NCBI GenBank assembly: GCA_963843145.1
Contig: CAWJJC010000025.1
Coordinates: forward strand, 42,299-106,298
DNA length: 64,000 nucleotides
DNA from: an uncultured delta proteobacterium
Lineage (GTDB): Bacteria > Desulfobacterota > RBG-13-43-22
Direction: 5' to 3'
Positions 38,700 through 48,050 of this stretch are shown piece by piece. The notes under the pieces were generated by a model. It made no database searches and was not told the origin of the DNA. It worked only from the letters and a program-made list of their open reading frames with translations. The number at the start of each line of letters is the position of its first letter. Positions within the stretch are counted from its first letter, which is position 1. The translations under genes and the position numbers were made by a program.

Positions 38700-40652
38700 T
38701 TGGTTAGTCTTGCTCACCTTATGGGATACCGGGAACTGACCGCCTTACTGATCCTTCTCCCTTTTATCACCGCGCCGCTTTATTCTCTGTTCCAGGCGAA
38801 AAAGATTCAGTCCTTCGGGGTAATTTCCACCGGGATCCTTTTGGGACTGGGGGCACTGTTCATGATCCCCCAGGTCCCTTTTTCCTTTTCACCGGAATCT
38901 TTGGGGCCGCTGAAACCGGCGACCCTGATCGAAGCCGGTGACTTTGCCCTGCTCCTGCTCTTCCTTTATTATGGTTTTAGGCATCGCCACCGGCTGATTC
39001 AAATGCTCTCCGGGCTTCAGATCCTGCTGCTGATTTTTATCCATCTCTATTTTCCTCAAGCGGATCCCAGTTACCCGGTCTTTCTCTGCGACCGCCTGGC
39101 ACTCCTTTTAATCTTGATCGTCTCCCTGATCGGTTCGGTGATCGTCTGGCAGGCCCTGCCCTACTTGGAGAATCACGAAAAACACCTCCAAATCAAGAAA
39201 ACGCGACGGCACCGTTTCTTCCCGGTGCTCATCCTTTTCCTGGGAGCCATGAATGGGGTCGTCCTGTCCAATGACCTCCGCTTCTTCTATTTTTTCTTCG
39301 AGATCACCACCCTCTGTTCTTTTTGGCTGATCCTGCATGACCGGACCGCGGAGGCCCTGACCAATGCCCTCCAGGCCCTCTGGATGAACAGCCTGGCCGG
39401 ATTGGCCCTGTTAGTGGGTCTCCTGGCCTGTTTACTAGATTACGGAACGCTGGACCTCCAGGGGATCATTCAGCGGGGGTCTGCTGGCCTTTACGGAATC
39501 CTGCCCCTGACTTTTCTTTGCCTGGCCGCTTTCATCAAATCCGCCCAATTCCCTTTTCAGAACTGGTTGCTGGGGGCTATGGTGGCCCCCACCCCGGTCT
39601 CCGCCCTGCTTCATTCCAGCACCATGGTGAAAATCGGGGTTTATTTCATCCTGCGGTTAACCCCGGCTTTTCAGGGAACGTTTCTAAGCTACGGCATCGC
39701 CCTTTTCGGTTCCTTTTCCTTTTTGGCCGCCGCCGCCCTGGCGGTGGGCCAGAGCAACGGTAAAAAAGTCCTGGCCTATTCCACCATCAGCAACCTGGGT
39801 CTGATGTTCGCCATGGCCGGTCTGAACACTCCGGAGGCGCTGAGCGCCGGGCTACTGCTGATCCTCTTCCACGCCTTGACCAAGGCCCTGCTGTTTCTCT
39901 GCGTCGGGGTGATTGAACAGCACCTGGACAGTCGGAATATCGAAGATATGGCCGGCCTTTATGCCCGGATACCCCTGACGGCCCTGATTACGGTAATGGG
40001 GATCATCATGATGATTATGCCCCCCTTCGGCTTGGTCCTGGGCAAATGGATGGCCTTCGAAGCGGCCTCCCGAAACCTATCGGTCATCGTCCTGCTCACC
40101 GCCGGCAGCGCCCTGACTGTGGTGTATTGGGCCCGCTGGGCGGGGACCTTGATGGGTCATCCCCTTTCCGGACCCCTGATCCCCGAGAAACAGCCGATCC
40201 CTACCTGGACCGCGTTGGGGGCCCTCGGTCTCGGCGGCCTGGGCCTGGGCGTTGCCGCTCCCTGGGTTTACGAGTGGCTGCTCACCGGGACTTTTCTGCA
40301 GAATATTCCACTTTCCTATACCATTCACCAAGGCACACTGGAAAATCGGTACGGGGCCTTTGCCGTTTTGCCCTTGTCCCTGGTCGCTTTTCTGGGCCTC
40401 TGGGTCTCGGTCTTCTTCCTTCACTGGGCGCGGAAAGGAAAAATCAGCCCCCCATACCTGAGCGGCCTGGAAACGGATTACCCCGGAATTTTTGTCGGTC
40501 CCCTGAACCTGCCGGTTAAGGCCGAAACGAAAAACTATTACTTGTCCACCCTTTTTAACGAAAAGCGGGTCACCCTTTGGGTGAATCTGGCGGCGGGCGG
40601 CCTGTTGATTTTAATCCTGGCCGGGGGAGTATCATGCGTCTGGTCCTCTTAA
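38700..40652 (+). CDS. echA: Ech hydrogenase antiporter-like subunit A
   Basis: KSAQFPF..WL.GAMVAPTPVSALLHSSTMVK, KKVLAYSTISNLG. Confidence 0.88.
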   Translation: MVSLAHLMGYRELTALLILLPFITAPLYSLFQAKKIQSFGVISTGILLGLGALFMIPQVPFSFSPESLGPLKPATLIEAGDFALLLLFLYYGFRHRHRLIQMLSGLQILLLIFIHLYFPQADPSYPVFLCDRLALLLILIVSLIGSVIVWQALPYLENHEKHLQIKKTRRHRFFPVLILFLGAMNGVVLSNDLRFFYFFFEITTLCSFWLILHDRTAEALTNALQALWMNSLAGLALLVGLLACLLDYGTLDLQGIIQRGSAGLYGILPLTFLCLAAFIKSAQFPFQNWLLGAMVAPTPVSALLHSSTMVKIGVYFILRLTPAFQGTFLSYGIALFGSFSFLAAAALAVGQSNGKKVLAYSTISNLGLMFAMAGLNTPEALSAGLLLILFHALTKALLFLCVGVIEQHLDSRNIEDMAGLYARIPLTALITVMGIIMMIMPPFGLVLGKWMAFEAASRNLSVIVLLTAGSALTVVYWARWAGTLMGHPLSGPLIPEKQPIPTWTALGALGLGGLGLGVAAPWVYEWLLTGTFLQNIPLSYTIHQGTLENRYGAFAVLPLSLVAFLGLWVSVFFLHWARKGKISPPYLSGLETDYPGIFVGPLNLPVKAETKNYYLSTLFNEKRVTLWVNLAAGGLLILILAGGVSCVWSS

Positions 40653-41482
40653 CGGCTTTCGGTCTGCTGACGGCCCCACTCCTGGGCGGCCTGATTATCG
40701 GTCTGGACCGAATCCTCACCGCCCGGCTACAGTCCCGAATCGGCCCGCCGCTTTTCCAGCCTTTTTATGACCTGGGCAAGCTCTGGCAAAAGGAAAGGAC
40801 TATCGCCAATCCTTGGCAGGCCTTTTGCGCCCACGGCTATTTGGCCGCCGCCTCCATCGCCCTGGCCCTGTTCGGGCTGCAGTCCGATCTACTGCTCATC
40901 CTCTTCGTTCAGGCCGTGGGCGCCCTGTTTTTGGTTATCGGGGCCTTTTCCTCCGGTTCTCCCTATAGCCAGGTGGGTGCCCACCGGGAGCTACTGCAGA
41001 TCCTGGCCTATGAACCGCTCCTGCTGTTAGTGCCCGCCGGCTTCTATTTGGAGACCCACAGTTTTAAGATCATCGATCTCTATCAATGGAACGAACCTCT
41101 TTTGTTACGGTTACCCCTTTTGTTTCTGGTTCTCCCTTTGGTCCTGACCATAAAACTGCGCAAATCACCCTTTGACCTCTCCGCCTCTCATCAGACGCAT
41201 CAGGAATTGGTGCGGGGAATCTTGACCGACTTTTCCGGTCCTTATTTGGGACTGATTGAACTAGCCCATTTTTTTGATATCGTCCTCGTTCTGGGGGTCT
41301 GTTCGCTCTTCTGGGCCAGCGGTTGGGCAGGGATGATCGCTTTACCGGGAGCCGTTTTTGCTTTTCAGATCATAATCGATACGGCCTCGGCCCGGATGAA
41401 CTGGCGCTGGATGTGGGCCTGGGCCTGGGGGATCGGATTCCCGCTTTGTTTGATCAACTTGATTTGGATTGCTCGGGGATAG
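40634..41482 (+). CDS. echB: Ech hydrogenase membrane subunit B (NuoH-like)
   Basis: DRILTARLQSRIGPP..QPFYD, KLRKSPFD, HQELVRG. Confidence 0.88.
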   Translation: MRLVLLTAFGLLTAPLLGGLIIGLDRILTARLQSRIGPPLFQPFYDLGKLWQKERTIANPWQAFCAHGYLAAASIALALFGLQSDLLLILFVQAVGALFLVIGAFSSGSPYSQVGAHRELLQILAYEPLLLLVPAGFYLETHSFKIIDLYQWNEPLLLRLPLLFLVLPLVLTIKLRKSPFDLSASHQTHQELVRGILTDFSGPYLGLIELAHFFDIVLVLGVCSLFWASGWAGMIALPGAVFAFQIIIDTASARMNWRWMWAWAWGIGFPLCLINLIWIARG

Positions 41483-41489
41483 GCGGGAA

Positions 41490-41957
41490 ATGGGATCCAT
41501 TCACTCTTTTTTTCAAAAGTCCCGGATCAAATCTCCCTGGCTGCTCCATTATGACTGCGGGAGCTGCAACGGCTGCGATATCGAGGTCCTGGCCTGTCTG
41601 ACCCCGGTCTATGACCTGGAACGCTTCGGTATCATCAATGTGGGCAACCCCAAGCACGCGGATATTTTCCTGGTCACTGGGACCGTCAATCCCCGGAACC
41701 GGAAGGTCTTGCTTAATCTTTACCGGCAAATACCCGTCCCTAAGATCGTGGTGGCCCTCGGCTCTTGCGCTCTCAGCGGAGGAATTTTCCGGGAGGCGTA
41801 TAATGTCATCGGAGGTGTGGATCAGGTGATCCCGGTGGATATTTATGTGCCCGGCTGCCCCCCCAGGCCCGAATCCATTATCGACGGAGTGCTCTTGGCC
41901 CTTAACCAATGGGCTCCTCAAAATAAACCCCTTCCGGGGCAGGATAACCCCGGATAA
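41490..41957 (+). CDS. echC: Ech hydrogenase small subunit
   Basis: KSPW, GSCNGCDIE, GSCA, VPGCPPRPE. Confidence 0.9.
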   Translation: MGSIHSFFQKSRIKSPWLLHYDCGSCNGCDIEVLACLTPVYDLERFGIINVGNPKHADIFLVTGTVNPRNRKVLLNLYRQIPVPKIVVALGSCALSGGIFREAYNVIGGVDQVIPVDIYVPGCPPRPESIIDGVLLALNQWAPQNKPLPGQDNPG

Positions 41958-41969
41958 GATCGGTGCGTC

Positions 41970-42332
41970 ATGCCTGACGAAATGATTTCCGTCACGATGG
42001 AACGATTGATCCCGGAAACCACCCGGCTGAAAAACGAAGGCCACCGCTTGGTGACCCTGACCTGTAGTGTGTTGCCGGAAGAGGGCTGGCAGATTATTTA
42101 CACCTTCGACCGGGATTATGAAATGGTGCATTTGTCCTTAAACGTTCCCCGAGGGCGGGAGGTACCCAGCCTTTCCTCCGTATTCTGGGCCGCCTTTTTG
42201 GTGGAAAACGAGATCCAGGACTTGTTCGGCCTGCGCTTTTCGGCGCTGATCATCAACTATCAGCGCACCTTTTATTTGGAGGATCAGGCCCAGGAACCTC
42301 CTTTTGGCCGGCAGCCCGGTAAAGGCGACTGA
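41970..42332 (+). CDS. echD: Ech hydrogenase subunit D (NuoC-like)
   Basis: PSLS..F..AFLVENEIQDLFG. Confidence 0.85.
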   Translation: MPDEMISVTMERLIPETTRLKNEGHRLVTLTCSVLPEEGWQIIYTFDRDYEMVHLSLNVPRGREVPSLSSVFWAAFLVENEIQDLFGLRFSALIINYQRTFYLEDQAQEPPFGRQPGKGD

Positions 42333-42335
42333 TTT

Positions 42336-43412
42336 ATGCCCCAATCCATTATTCCTTTCGGCCCACAACATCCGGTTCTTCCCGAACCAATTCACCTTAC
42401 GCTGACCTTCGAAGATGAGATTGTTACCGAAGTTCAGCCGGCCCTGGGGTTTGTCCACCGGGGGTTGGAAAAGATGGTGACCATCCGAGATTTTCAGCAA
42501 ATCCAACAGGTGGTGGAACGAGTCTGCGGGATCTGCTCCATGATCCATGGGATGTGTTATGCCCAGGGGATGGAAAAAATGATGGGAGTCGACGCCCCTC
42601 CCCGAGCGCGATTTCTGAGGGTGGTCTGGTCGGAGCTACACCGCATGCAGAGCCATCTTCTCTGGTTGGGCCTGTTTGCCGACTCCTTGGGCTTCGAAAG
42701 CCTTTTCATGGAATGTTGGAAAATCCGGGAAAAGATATTGGAGGTGAACCAGGCCACCACCGGCAACCGGGTGATTATCTCGGTAAACGTCATCGGCGGG
42801 GTCCGGAGGGACCTTAGTCCCGGACAGATTGACTGGATACTCCGTACTATCCAGGAGGTGGAACAGGAGTTTAAGGCGGTTCAATCCGTCTTTCTCAAGG
42901 ACTACACCATCCGGAAGCGAACCATTGGCCAAGGGGTCCTGACCCGCGAACAGGCCTACGCCCTGGGGGCGGTTGGACCCACGCTTAGAGGCAGCGGCGT
43001 GGCCCTGGATGCCCGGAAACTGGGATATGCCGCCTTTAAAGAACTGGATCTGGAGCCGGTGGTGGAAAGCGATGGAGATTGTTTCGCCCGATTGAAAGTC
43101 CGCCTCCGGGAGGTGCTGCAGTCGGTAGACCTGGTCCGACAGGCCCTTTCGCGCCTGCCCTCGGGGGAGGTGCGGATCAAGGTGAAGGGATTTCCTTCCG
43201 GAGAAGTTTTTTCTCGGGTGGAGCAGCCCCGGGGAGAATTGTTCTATTATATCAAGGCAGGCGGCCAGAAACACTTGGACCGCCTGCGTATCCGGACCCC
43301 GACCTTCGCCAACCTGCCGGCCCTGCTGACCATACTGCCGGGCATGGTTTTGTCCGCTGTGCCGGCGGTCGTTCTATCCATTGATCCCTGTATCAGTTGC
43401 ACGGAAAGGTAG
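42336..43412 (+). CDS. echE: Ech [NiFe] hydrogenase large subunit
   Basis: GPQHP, RVCGICS and DPCISCTER Ni-binding motifs; no C-terminal extension. Confidence 0.93.
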   Translation: MPQSIIPFGPQHPVLPEPIHLTLTFEDEIVTEVQPALGFVHRGLEKMVTIRDFQQIQQVVERVCGICSMIHGMCYAQGMEKMMGVDAPPRARFLRVVWSELHRMQSHLLWLGLFADSLGFESLFMECWKIREKILEVNQATTGNRVIISVNVIGGVRRDLSPGQIDWILRTIQEVEQEFKAVQSVFLKDYTIRKRTIGQGVLTREQAYALGAVGPTLRGSGVALDARKLGYAAFKELDLEPVVESDGDCFARLKVRLREVLQSVDLVRQALSRLPSGEVRIKVKGFPSGEVFSRVEQPRGELFYYIKAGGQKHLDRLRIRTPTFANLPALLTILPGMVLSAVPAVVLSIDPCISCTER

Positions 43413-43428
43413 GCCAAGGCGAAATCGA

Positions 43429-43785
43429 ATGTTTAAAATGACCCCCCTGCTCCTCCGAAACCTGTTAGCACCCAGGGCCACCCGCCCTTATCCCCGGGAG
43501 GTTAGACCGGCCCTGGAAGGGACCCGGGGAAGGCTCTTTATTCGGATTGAGGATTGTATCTTCTGCGCCCTGTGCGCCCTGAAATGCCCTTCTCAATGCC
43601 TGGCGGTCGATAAACAACAAGCCACCTGGCGTTATGATCCCTTTATCTGCGTCTATTGCGGAATCTGTGTTGAGACCTGCCCGGCCCATTGCCTCTACCA
43701 GGATCCAAGCTTCCCGGAACCGGCCGAGAGGAAAGAGGCCATTCTTATAAAAGGGGCGCTAAAAAAAAGCCTGCCGAAAAGATGA
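43429..43785 (+). CDS. echF: Ech hydrogenase 2x[4Fe-4S] subunit F
   Basis: CIFCALCALKCP and CVYCGICVETCP. Confidence 0.88.
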   Translation: MFKMTPLLLRNLLAPRATRPYPREVRPALEGTRGRLFIRIEDCIFCALCALKCPSQCLAVDKQQATWRYDPFICVYCGICVETCPAHCLYQDPSFPEPAERKEAILIKGALKKSLPKR

Positions 43786-43952
43786 AAAAGGCCTCGAGGG
43801 CTTCGAGGGCTGGATGATCGGGTGTCCGCTCTACGATCGGGACATAATCGCCGAGATGAAGACCTTTCTTTTTCTGAATCGAGATATTATTCTTGACATT
43901 ATATTCCTTAATGGTTATATATTGATCTAATGTAATTTGGGAGGTTCCGATC

Positions 43953-45029
43953 ATGGAAGAAAATTCAGGGTGTGCCTGTTCCATAAAAGTTGATGAGATT
44001 CCCCAGTTAAACGGTCTGAGGAGAAAAGGCATTTATCTTGGTCTGGGGTTAGTCGGGTGGTGGCTCATCTATCAGCAGTTGCTTTCGGTCGCCCAGTGGA
44101 TAACCTATAGCCTGTTCGGGCTGGACCGCGGGACCCATTTAGCTGAAGCAACCGCCTTCTTCCTCTATGATGTGCCCAAGGTATTCATGCTTTTGATATT
44201 GATTGTTTTTGGAGTAGGCCTCCTTCGTTCCTTCTTTACCCCCGAAAAGACCCGAGACATCCTGGCCGGCAAAAGGGAATCGGCGGGCAATGTGCTGGCC
44301 GCCCTGCTGGGCATCGCCACCCCTTTTTGCACCTGCTCCGCCATACCCCTGTTTATCGGATTTGTGGAAGCGGGTATCCCTTTGGGAGTCACCTTTTCTT
44401 TCCTGATCTCGGCCCCCATGATCAACGAAATCGCCCTCGTCCTGCTCTACGGACTTTTTGGTTGGAAGGTGGCTTTCCTCTACCTGGGAACCGGCCTTTC
44501 CATTGCCATCTTCAGCGGCTGGGTTATCGGCCGGCTCCACCTGGAGAAACAGGTGGAGGACTGGGTCTACGAAATCCGCTCCGGCCTCCGGCCGTTGGTA
44601 ATGGACACCCTGACCTGGTCGGGCCGGATCGGCTATGCCGTCCAGGCGGTCAAGGATATCGTCGGCAAAGTGTGGATATATATCGTCGGAGGGATTGCCG
44701 TGGGGGCCGCCATCCACGGCTTTGTGCCGGTGGGGTTCATGGCCTCCATTATGGGTAAGGAGGCCTGGTGGTCTGTTCCCCTGGCTGTGGTTTTAGGAGT
44801 TCCCATGTACTCCAACGCCGCCGGGATCATTCCCATTGTCCAGGCCCTGCTGGGCAAAGGGGCCGCCCTGGGTACCGTCCTGGCCTTCATGATGGCCGTC
44901 ATCGGGTTGTCACTGCCGGAGACCATTATCCTGAGAAAGGTCCTCAAGCCGGGTTTGATCGCCGCCTTTATCGGGGTGGTCTCAACCGGGATCCTCCTGG
45001 TTGGATTCCTGTTTAACGCCATTATCTAA
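43953..45029 (+). CDS. ArsP-family permease
   Basis: TPFCTCSAIP, FLISAPMINE, GVPMYSN, LSLPE. Confidence 0.9.
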   Translation: MEENSGCACSIKVDEIPQLNGLRRKGIYLGLGLVGWWLIYQQLLSVAQWITYSLFGLDRGTHLAEATAFFLYDVPKVFMLLILIVFGVGLLRSFFTPEKTRDILAGKRESAGNVLAALLGIATPFCTCSAIPLFIGFVEAGIPLGVTFSFLISAPMINEIALVLLYGLFGWKVAFLYLGTGLSIAIFSGWVIGRLHLEKQVEDWVYEIRSGLRPLVMDTLTWSGRIGYAVQAVKDIVGKVWIYIVGGIAVGAAIHGFVPVGFMASIMGKEAWWSVPLAVVLGVPMYSNAAGIIPIVQALLGKGAALGTVLAFMMAVIGLSLPETIILRKVLKPGLIAAFIGVVSTGILLVGFLFNAII

Positions 45030-45228
45030 CGATCCGTCCTCAGGCCATTGAATCCCACTCCTGGCGCTGAGGCTGGCGGCCACGGAGGTTTGATTTCAAA
45101 CTATGCGGCCTTGAATTGTGGCCACCCGCCCAAAAGGACGAACAACCGAAATCATTTCACCCCCCGCTCCCCCTCCTTCTCCAAGACAGCGGTTCCCTTG
45201 TCCCATCAGGCAGCGTGATCTAAATGAT

Positions 45229-45327
45229 TTAGGCTATGCGAAAGCCTTTCAACATCCGCCTGGAAATGATAAAGTAGGTAATTCGATAATCCGGATCGAT
45301 ATGCATGATTTCTAATTGTTCGTTCAT
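45229..45327 (-). CDS. 32-aa peptide behind a sigma54 promoter (not in ORF track)
   Basis: TAAGGAGGAGG RBS; MNEQLEIMHIDPDYRITYFIISRRMLKGFRIA*. Confidence 0.55.
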   Translation of the reverse strand: MNEQLEIMHIDPDYRITYFIISRRMLKGFRIA

Positions 45328-45386
45328 GGCCTCCTCCTTAATCAGGTCTAAAGGTTGGGGATAAGTACCACGTTGTGTCAACTAGT

Positions 45387-45404
45387 ATGCAAGGTAAATG
45401 CCAG
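45387..45404 (-). promoter_or_regulatory. Sigma54 promoter
   Basis: CTGGCATTTACCTTGCAT (GG-N10-GC). Confidence 0.65.
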
Positions 45405-45594
45405 CGAATACGGTCCTCTCTTCAACCTATTGAAAAAATTTACGTTTTCTAATTCTTTAACGTCCTGATTTATTCTACGCCAAGGCCTATCCTTTCGATG
45501 TGCATGGTTTATCAGCCACTATCCAGAGAACCGTGCATCATCAAGTGTTTATAAAGAGGCCGCTCGCCTTTTTGTGCCGGCGTCGTTTTTCTGC

Positions 45595-45620
45595 TTGACA
45601 TATATACCACAACGTGGTAT
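45595..45620 (+). promoter_or_regulatory. -35 box plus palindromic operator before the XRE regulator
   Basis: TTGACA then ATACCAC-AAC-GTGGTAT; 13/15 copy at 45366-45380. Confidence 0.65.
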
Positions 45621-45660
45621 TGTTCGTCAATAAAATAATGAAAACGGTCAAACCGCCACC

Positions 45661-46056
45661 ATGCAAAGCGAAGAACTGATCAAGATCCGTCAGGAGATGG
45701 CGAGGACCCAGAAGGAGATGGCCATTCTTTTGGGAACTTCACTGAAGGCCATCCAAAGCTATGAGCAGGGCTGGCGGCCCGTACCGGATCACCTGGAAAG
45801 GCACTTGTACTTCCTCTTGGTTCTAAAAAGAATCAAGATGATCCAACCCTGCTGGGTAATTAAAAACTGCCCCACTGAAAATAAGGAAAAATGCCCCGCC
45901 TGGGAGCTTCAAAGCGGCCACTTATGCTGGTTTATCAACGGCACCGTCTGCCAGGGGAAAATCCAGAAAAATTGGAAAACCAAGATGAATACCTGCAAGC
46001 AATGCGAGGTTTTCAAGCCGGTGGTCTGCAAAGAAATGAGCCCCTCAATTCCTTAA
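45661..46056 (+). CDS. XRE-HTH regulator with Cys-rich two-CW domain
   Basis: TQKEMA.LLGTSLKAIQSYEQGWR; CW..KNC...CPAW...CWFINGT.C...C..CEVF. Confidence 0.85.
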   Translation: MQSEELIKIRQEMARTQKEMAILLGTSLKAIQSYEQGWRPVPDHLERHLYFLLVLKRIKMIQPCWVIKNCPTENKEKCPAWELQSGHLCWFINGTVCQGKIQKNWKTKMNTCKQCEVFKPVVCKEMSPSIP

Positions 46057-46102
46057 GGAAATCCCAGACTTTTTGAGGCCCGAGCCGGGAAAGCCGACTG
46101 AA

Positions 46103-47050
46103 ATGAGATCCTCCCCAAAATGCCAACTTGAATGTTCTTTTAATGCCTCCCTGGATTCGTCTAGTCGCGCTTTTCCATTCGTAGCCCGAGATTTACTCCA
46201 GGAACCATCCCTTCCCCATCCGGAAGGGCCCGAAACCCTGATTCCCCGGCCCAGCCCGGAAGCCGTCATCCACCTGGCGGATATCCTCCGCAAGATCATC
46301 TTCCCCGGCTATCTGGAGGCCGGGCCTCCGGACCCCGACACCCTGCAAAAAAGGCTTGATCTTGACATCCAGGGCCTTTACACCATTCTGGTAGAACAAA
46401 TCCGTTTATCCTCTCCCCACGAATGCAGGCTCCTTGGCCGTCTTTGCACCGCTTGCCGGGATCGCAGCCATGGCCAGGCTTCCGCTTTTATTCAAAGTCT
46501 TCCAGTGACCCAAACCCATATTTATAAAGATATTCAGGCCGCCTATGAGGGCGATCCGGCGGCCAAAAGCTGCACCGAAATTATTTTAAGCTATCCGGGA
46601 CTGTTGGCCATAACTATGTACCGATTGGCCCATACACTCCATACGCTGGGCATCCCTCTGCTGCCCCGGATGATCACCGAATACGCCCACAGCCTTACGG
46701 GTATTGACATCCATCCCGGAGCCCGGATCGGGGAGTGTTTTTTCATCGATCATGGAACCGGGGTAGTGATCGGAGAAACCACGATCATCGGCAACCGGGT
46801 GCGCCTCTACCAGGGGGTGACCCTGGGCGCCCTCTCCCTGCCGCCAAAGGCCGGGGACCTGTTCCGCAACAAAAAGCGCCATCCAACCATCGGGGATGAC
46901 GTCATTATCTACGCTAATGCCACCATTCTCGGCGAAGCCGTCATCGGCGCTGGAAGTGTCATCGGCGGCAATGTCTGGTTGACGGAAAGCGTCCCGCCGG
47001 GCACCAAGGTCATTATGAACCGGCCGGACCTCATTTATTTAAAAAATTGA
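46103..47050 (+). CDS. cysE: Serine O-acetyltransferase
   Basis: [36 protein letters not shown]; start uncertain. Confidence 0.9.
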   Translation: MRSSPKCQLECSFNASLDSSSRAFPFVARDLLQEPSLPHPEGPETLIPRPSPEAVIHLADILRKIIFPGYLEAGPPDPDTLQKRLDLDIQGLYTILVEQIRLSSPHECRLLGRLCTACRDRSHGQASAFIQSLPVTQTHIYKDIQAAYEGDPAAKSCTEIILSYPGLLAITMYRLAHTLHTLGIPLLPRMITEYAHSLTGIDIHPGARIGECFFIDHGTGVVIGETTIIGNRVRLYQGVTLGALSLPPKAGDLFRNKKRHPTIGDDVIIYANATILGEAVIGAGSVIGGNVWLTESVPPGTKVIMNRPDLIYLKN

Positions 47051-47063
47051 AAGGAGGAGTTTC

Positions 47064-48038
47064 ATGGCCTTAAAAATTTCATCCGATCGATCCGATCCCA
47101 GCCCTCCGAAGGGATCTGCCCAGGGGAAAGGGGACCAAGATTCCAGGCAGCGCCAGACAAAATCTGCTGCGGAGGCGACGGGGGCCGACTTGGAACGCCG
47201 GAATTTTATTGGCCGTTCGCTGGCGGCTATCGGTGGCCTGGGGATCTTGGGGTCATTGACAGCCAAGTCTGCCTTGGCCCTGGAAACCGCCCCTGAGGCC
47301 AAACCGCTGGACCATCCGAAGAGCTTTGCCGAGGGCAGCACCCTGGAGCGGATGCGGACAGAACTTTTGAAAGCCATGAAAAAGCCCGTCCGGGAGCGCA
47401 AATGGGTGATGGTGATTGATCAGCAGAAATGTATCGGCTGTAAGGCCTGCACCGTATCCTGCTGCACGGAGAATAATCTCCCCCCGGGCGTGGTCTACCG
47501 GGTGGTGCCCGAACAGGAGGTAGGGCAGTTCCCCCATGTGCGCAGGATCTTTACCCCCAGACCTTGCATGCAATGTGACAATCCGCCCTGTGTGCCGGTC
47601 TGCCCGGTCACGGCGACCTGGAAGAGAGAAGATGGGGTCGTCGTCATCGATTATGAGGTATGTATCGGTTGCCGCAACTGCGTGGCGGCCTGTCCGTATA
47701 ACGCCCGCACCGCCGATTTCGGAGAGTTTTATGGGGCCTCTACCCCGGCGATTATGAATTATGAAACACGGCCCAACTACGAGTACAGCAAAAAGTGGCG
47801 GAGGGATCCTCACCGGGAGGACTCCCCCATCGGAAATGCTCGGAAGTGCCATTTTTGTCTCCATCGGCTCCGCGAGGGTATGCTCCCGGCCTGCGTCACG
47901 ACCTGTGTAGGTGGGGCCACCTATTTCGGGGATTACCATGACCTTTACAGCCTGGTCCATGAGCTTATAGGTTCTTCTCGGGTCACCCGTCTGAAAGAAG
48001 AACTGGGAACGAACCCTTCTGTTTATTACCTGGTTTAA
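47064..48038 (+). CDS. Tat-exported 4x[4Fe-4S] subunit (TtrB/SrdB-like)
   Basis: ERRNFI Tat motif; [42 protein letters not shown]. Confidence 0.9.
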   Translation: MALKISSDRSDPSPPKGSAQGKGDQDSRQRQTKSAAEATGADLERRNFIGRSLAAIGGLGILGSLTAKSALALETAPEAKPLDHPKSFAEGSTLERMRTELLKAMKKPVRERKWVMVIDQQKCIGCKACTVSCCTENNLPPGVVYRVVPEQEVGQFPHVRRIFTPRPCMQCDNPPCVPVCPVTATWKREDGVVVIDYEVCIGCRNCVAACPYNARTADFGEFYGASTPAIMNYETRPNYEYSKKWRRDPHREDSPIGNARKCHFCLHRLREGMLPACVTTCVGGATYFGDYHDLYSLVHELIGSSRVTRLKEELGTNPSVYYLV

Positions 48039-48050
48039 AGGAGAAATCTT

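Noticed and set aside
38700-43785. Complex I (nuo) operon
   Set aside because: The large subunit retains both Ni-binding CxxC motifs and the six-gene order matches Ech.
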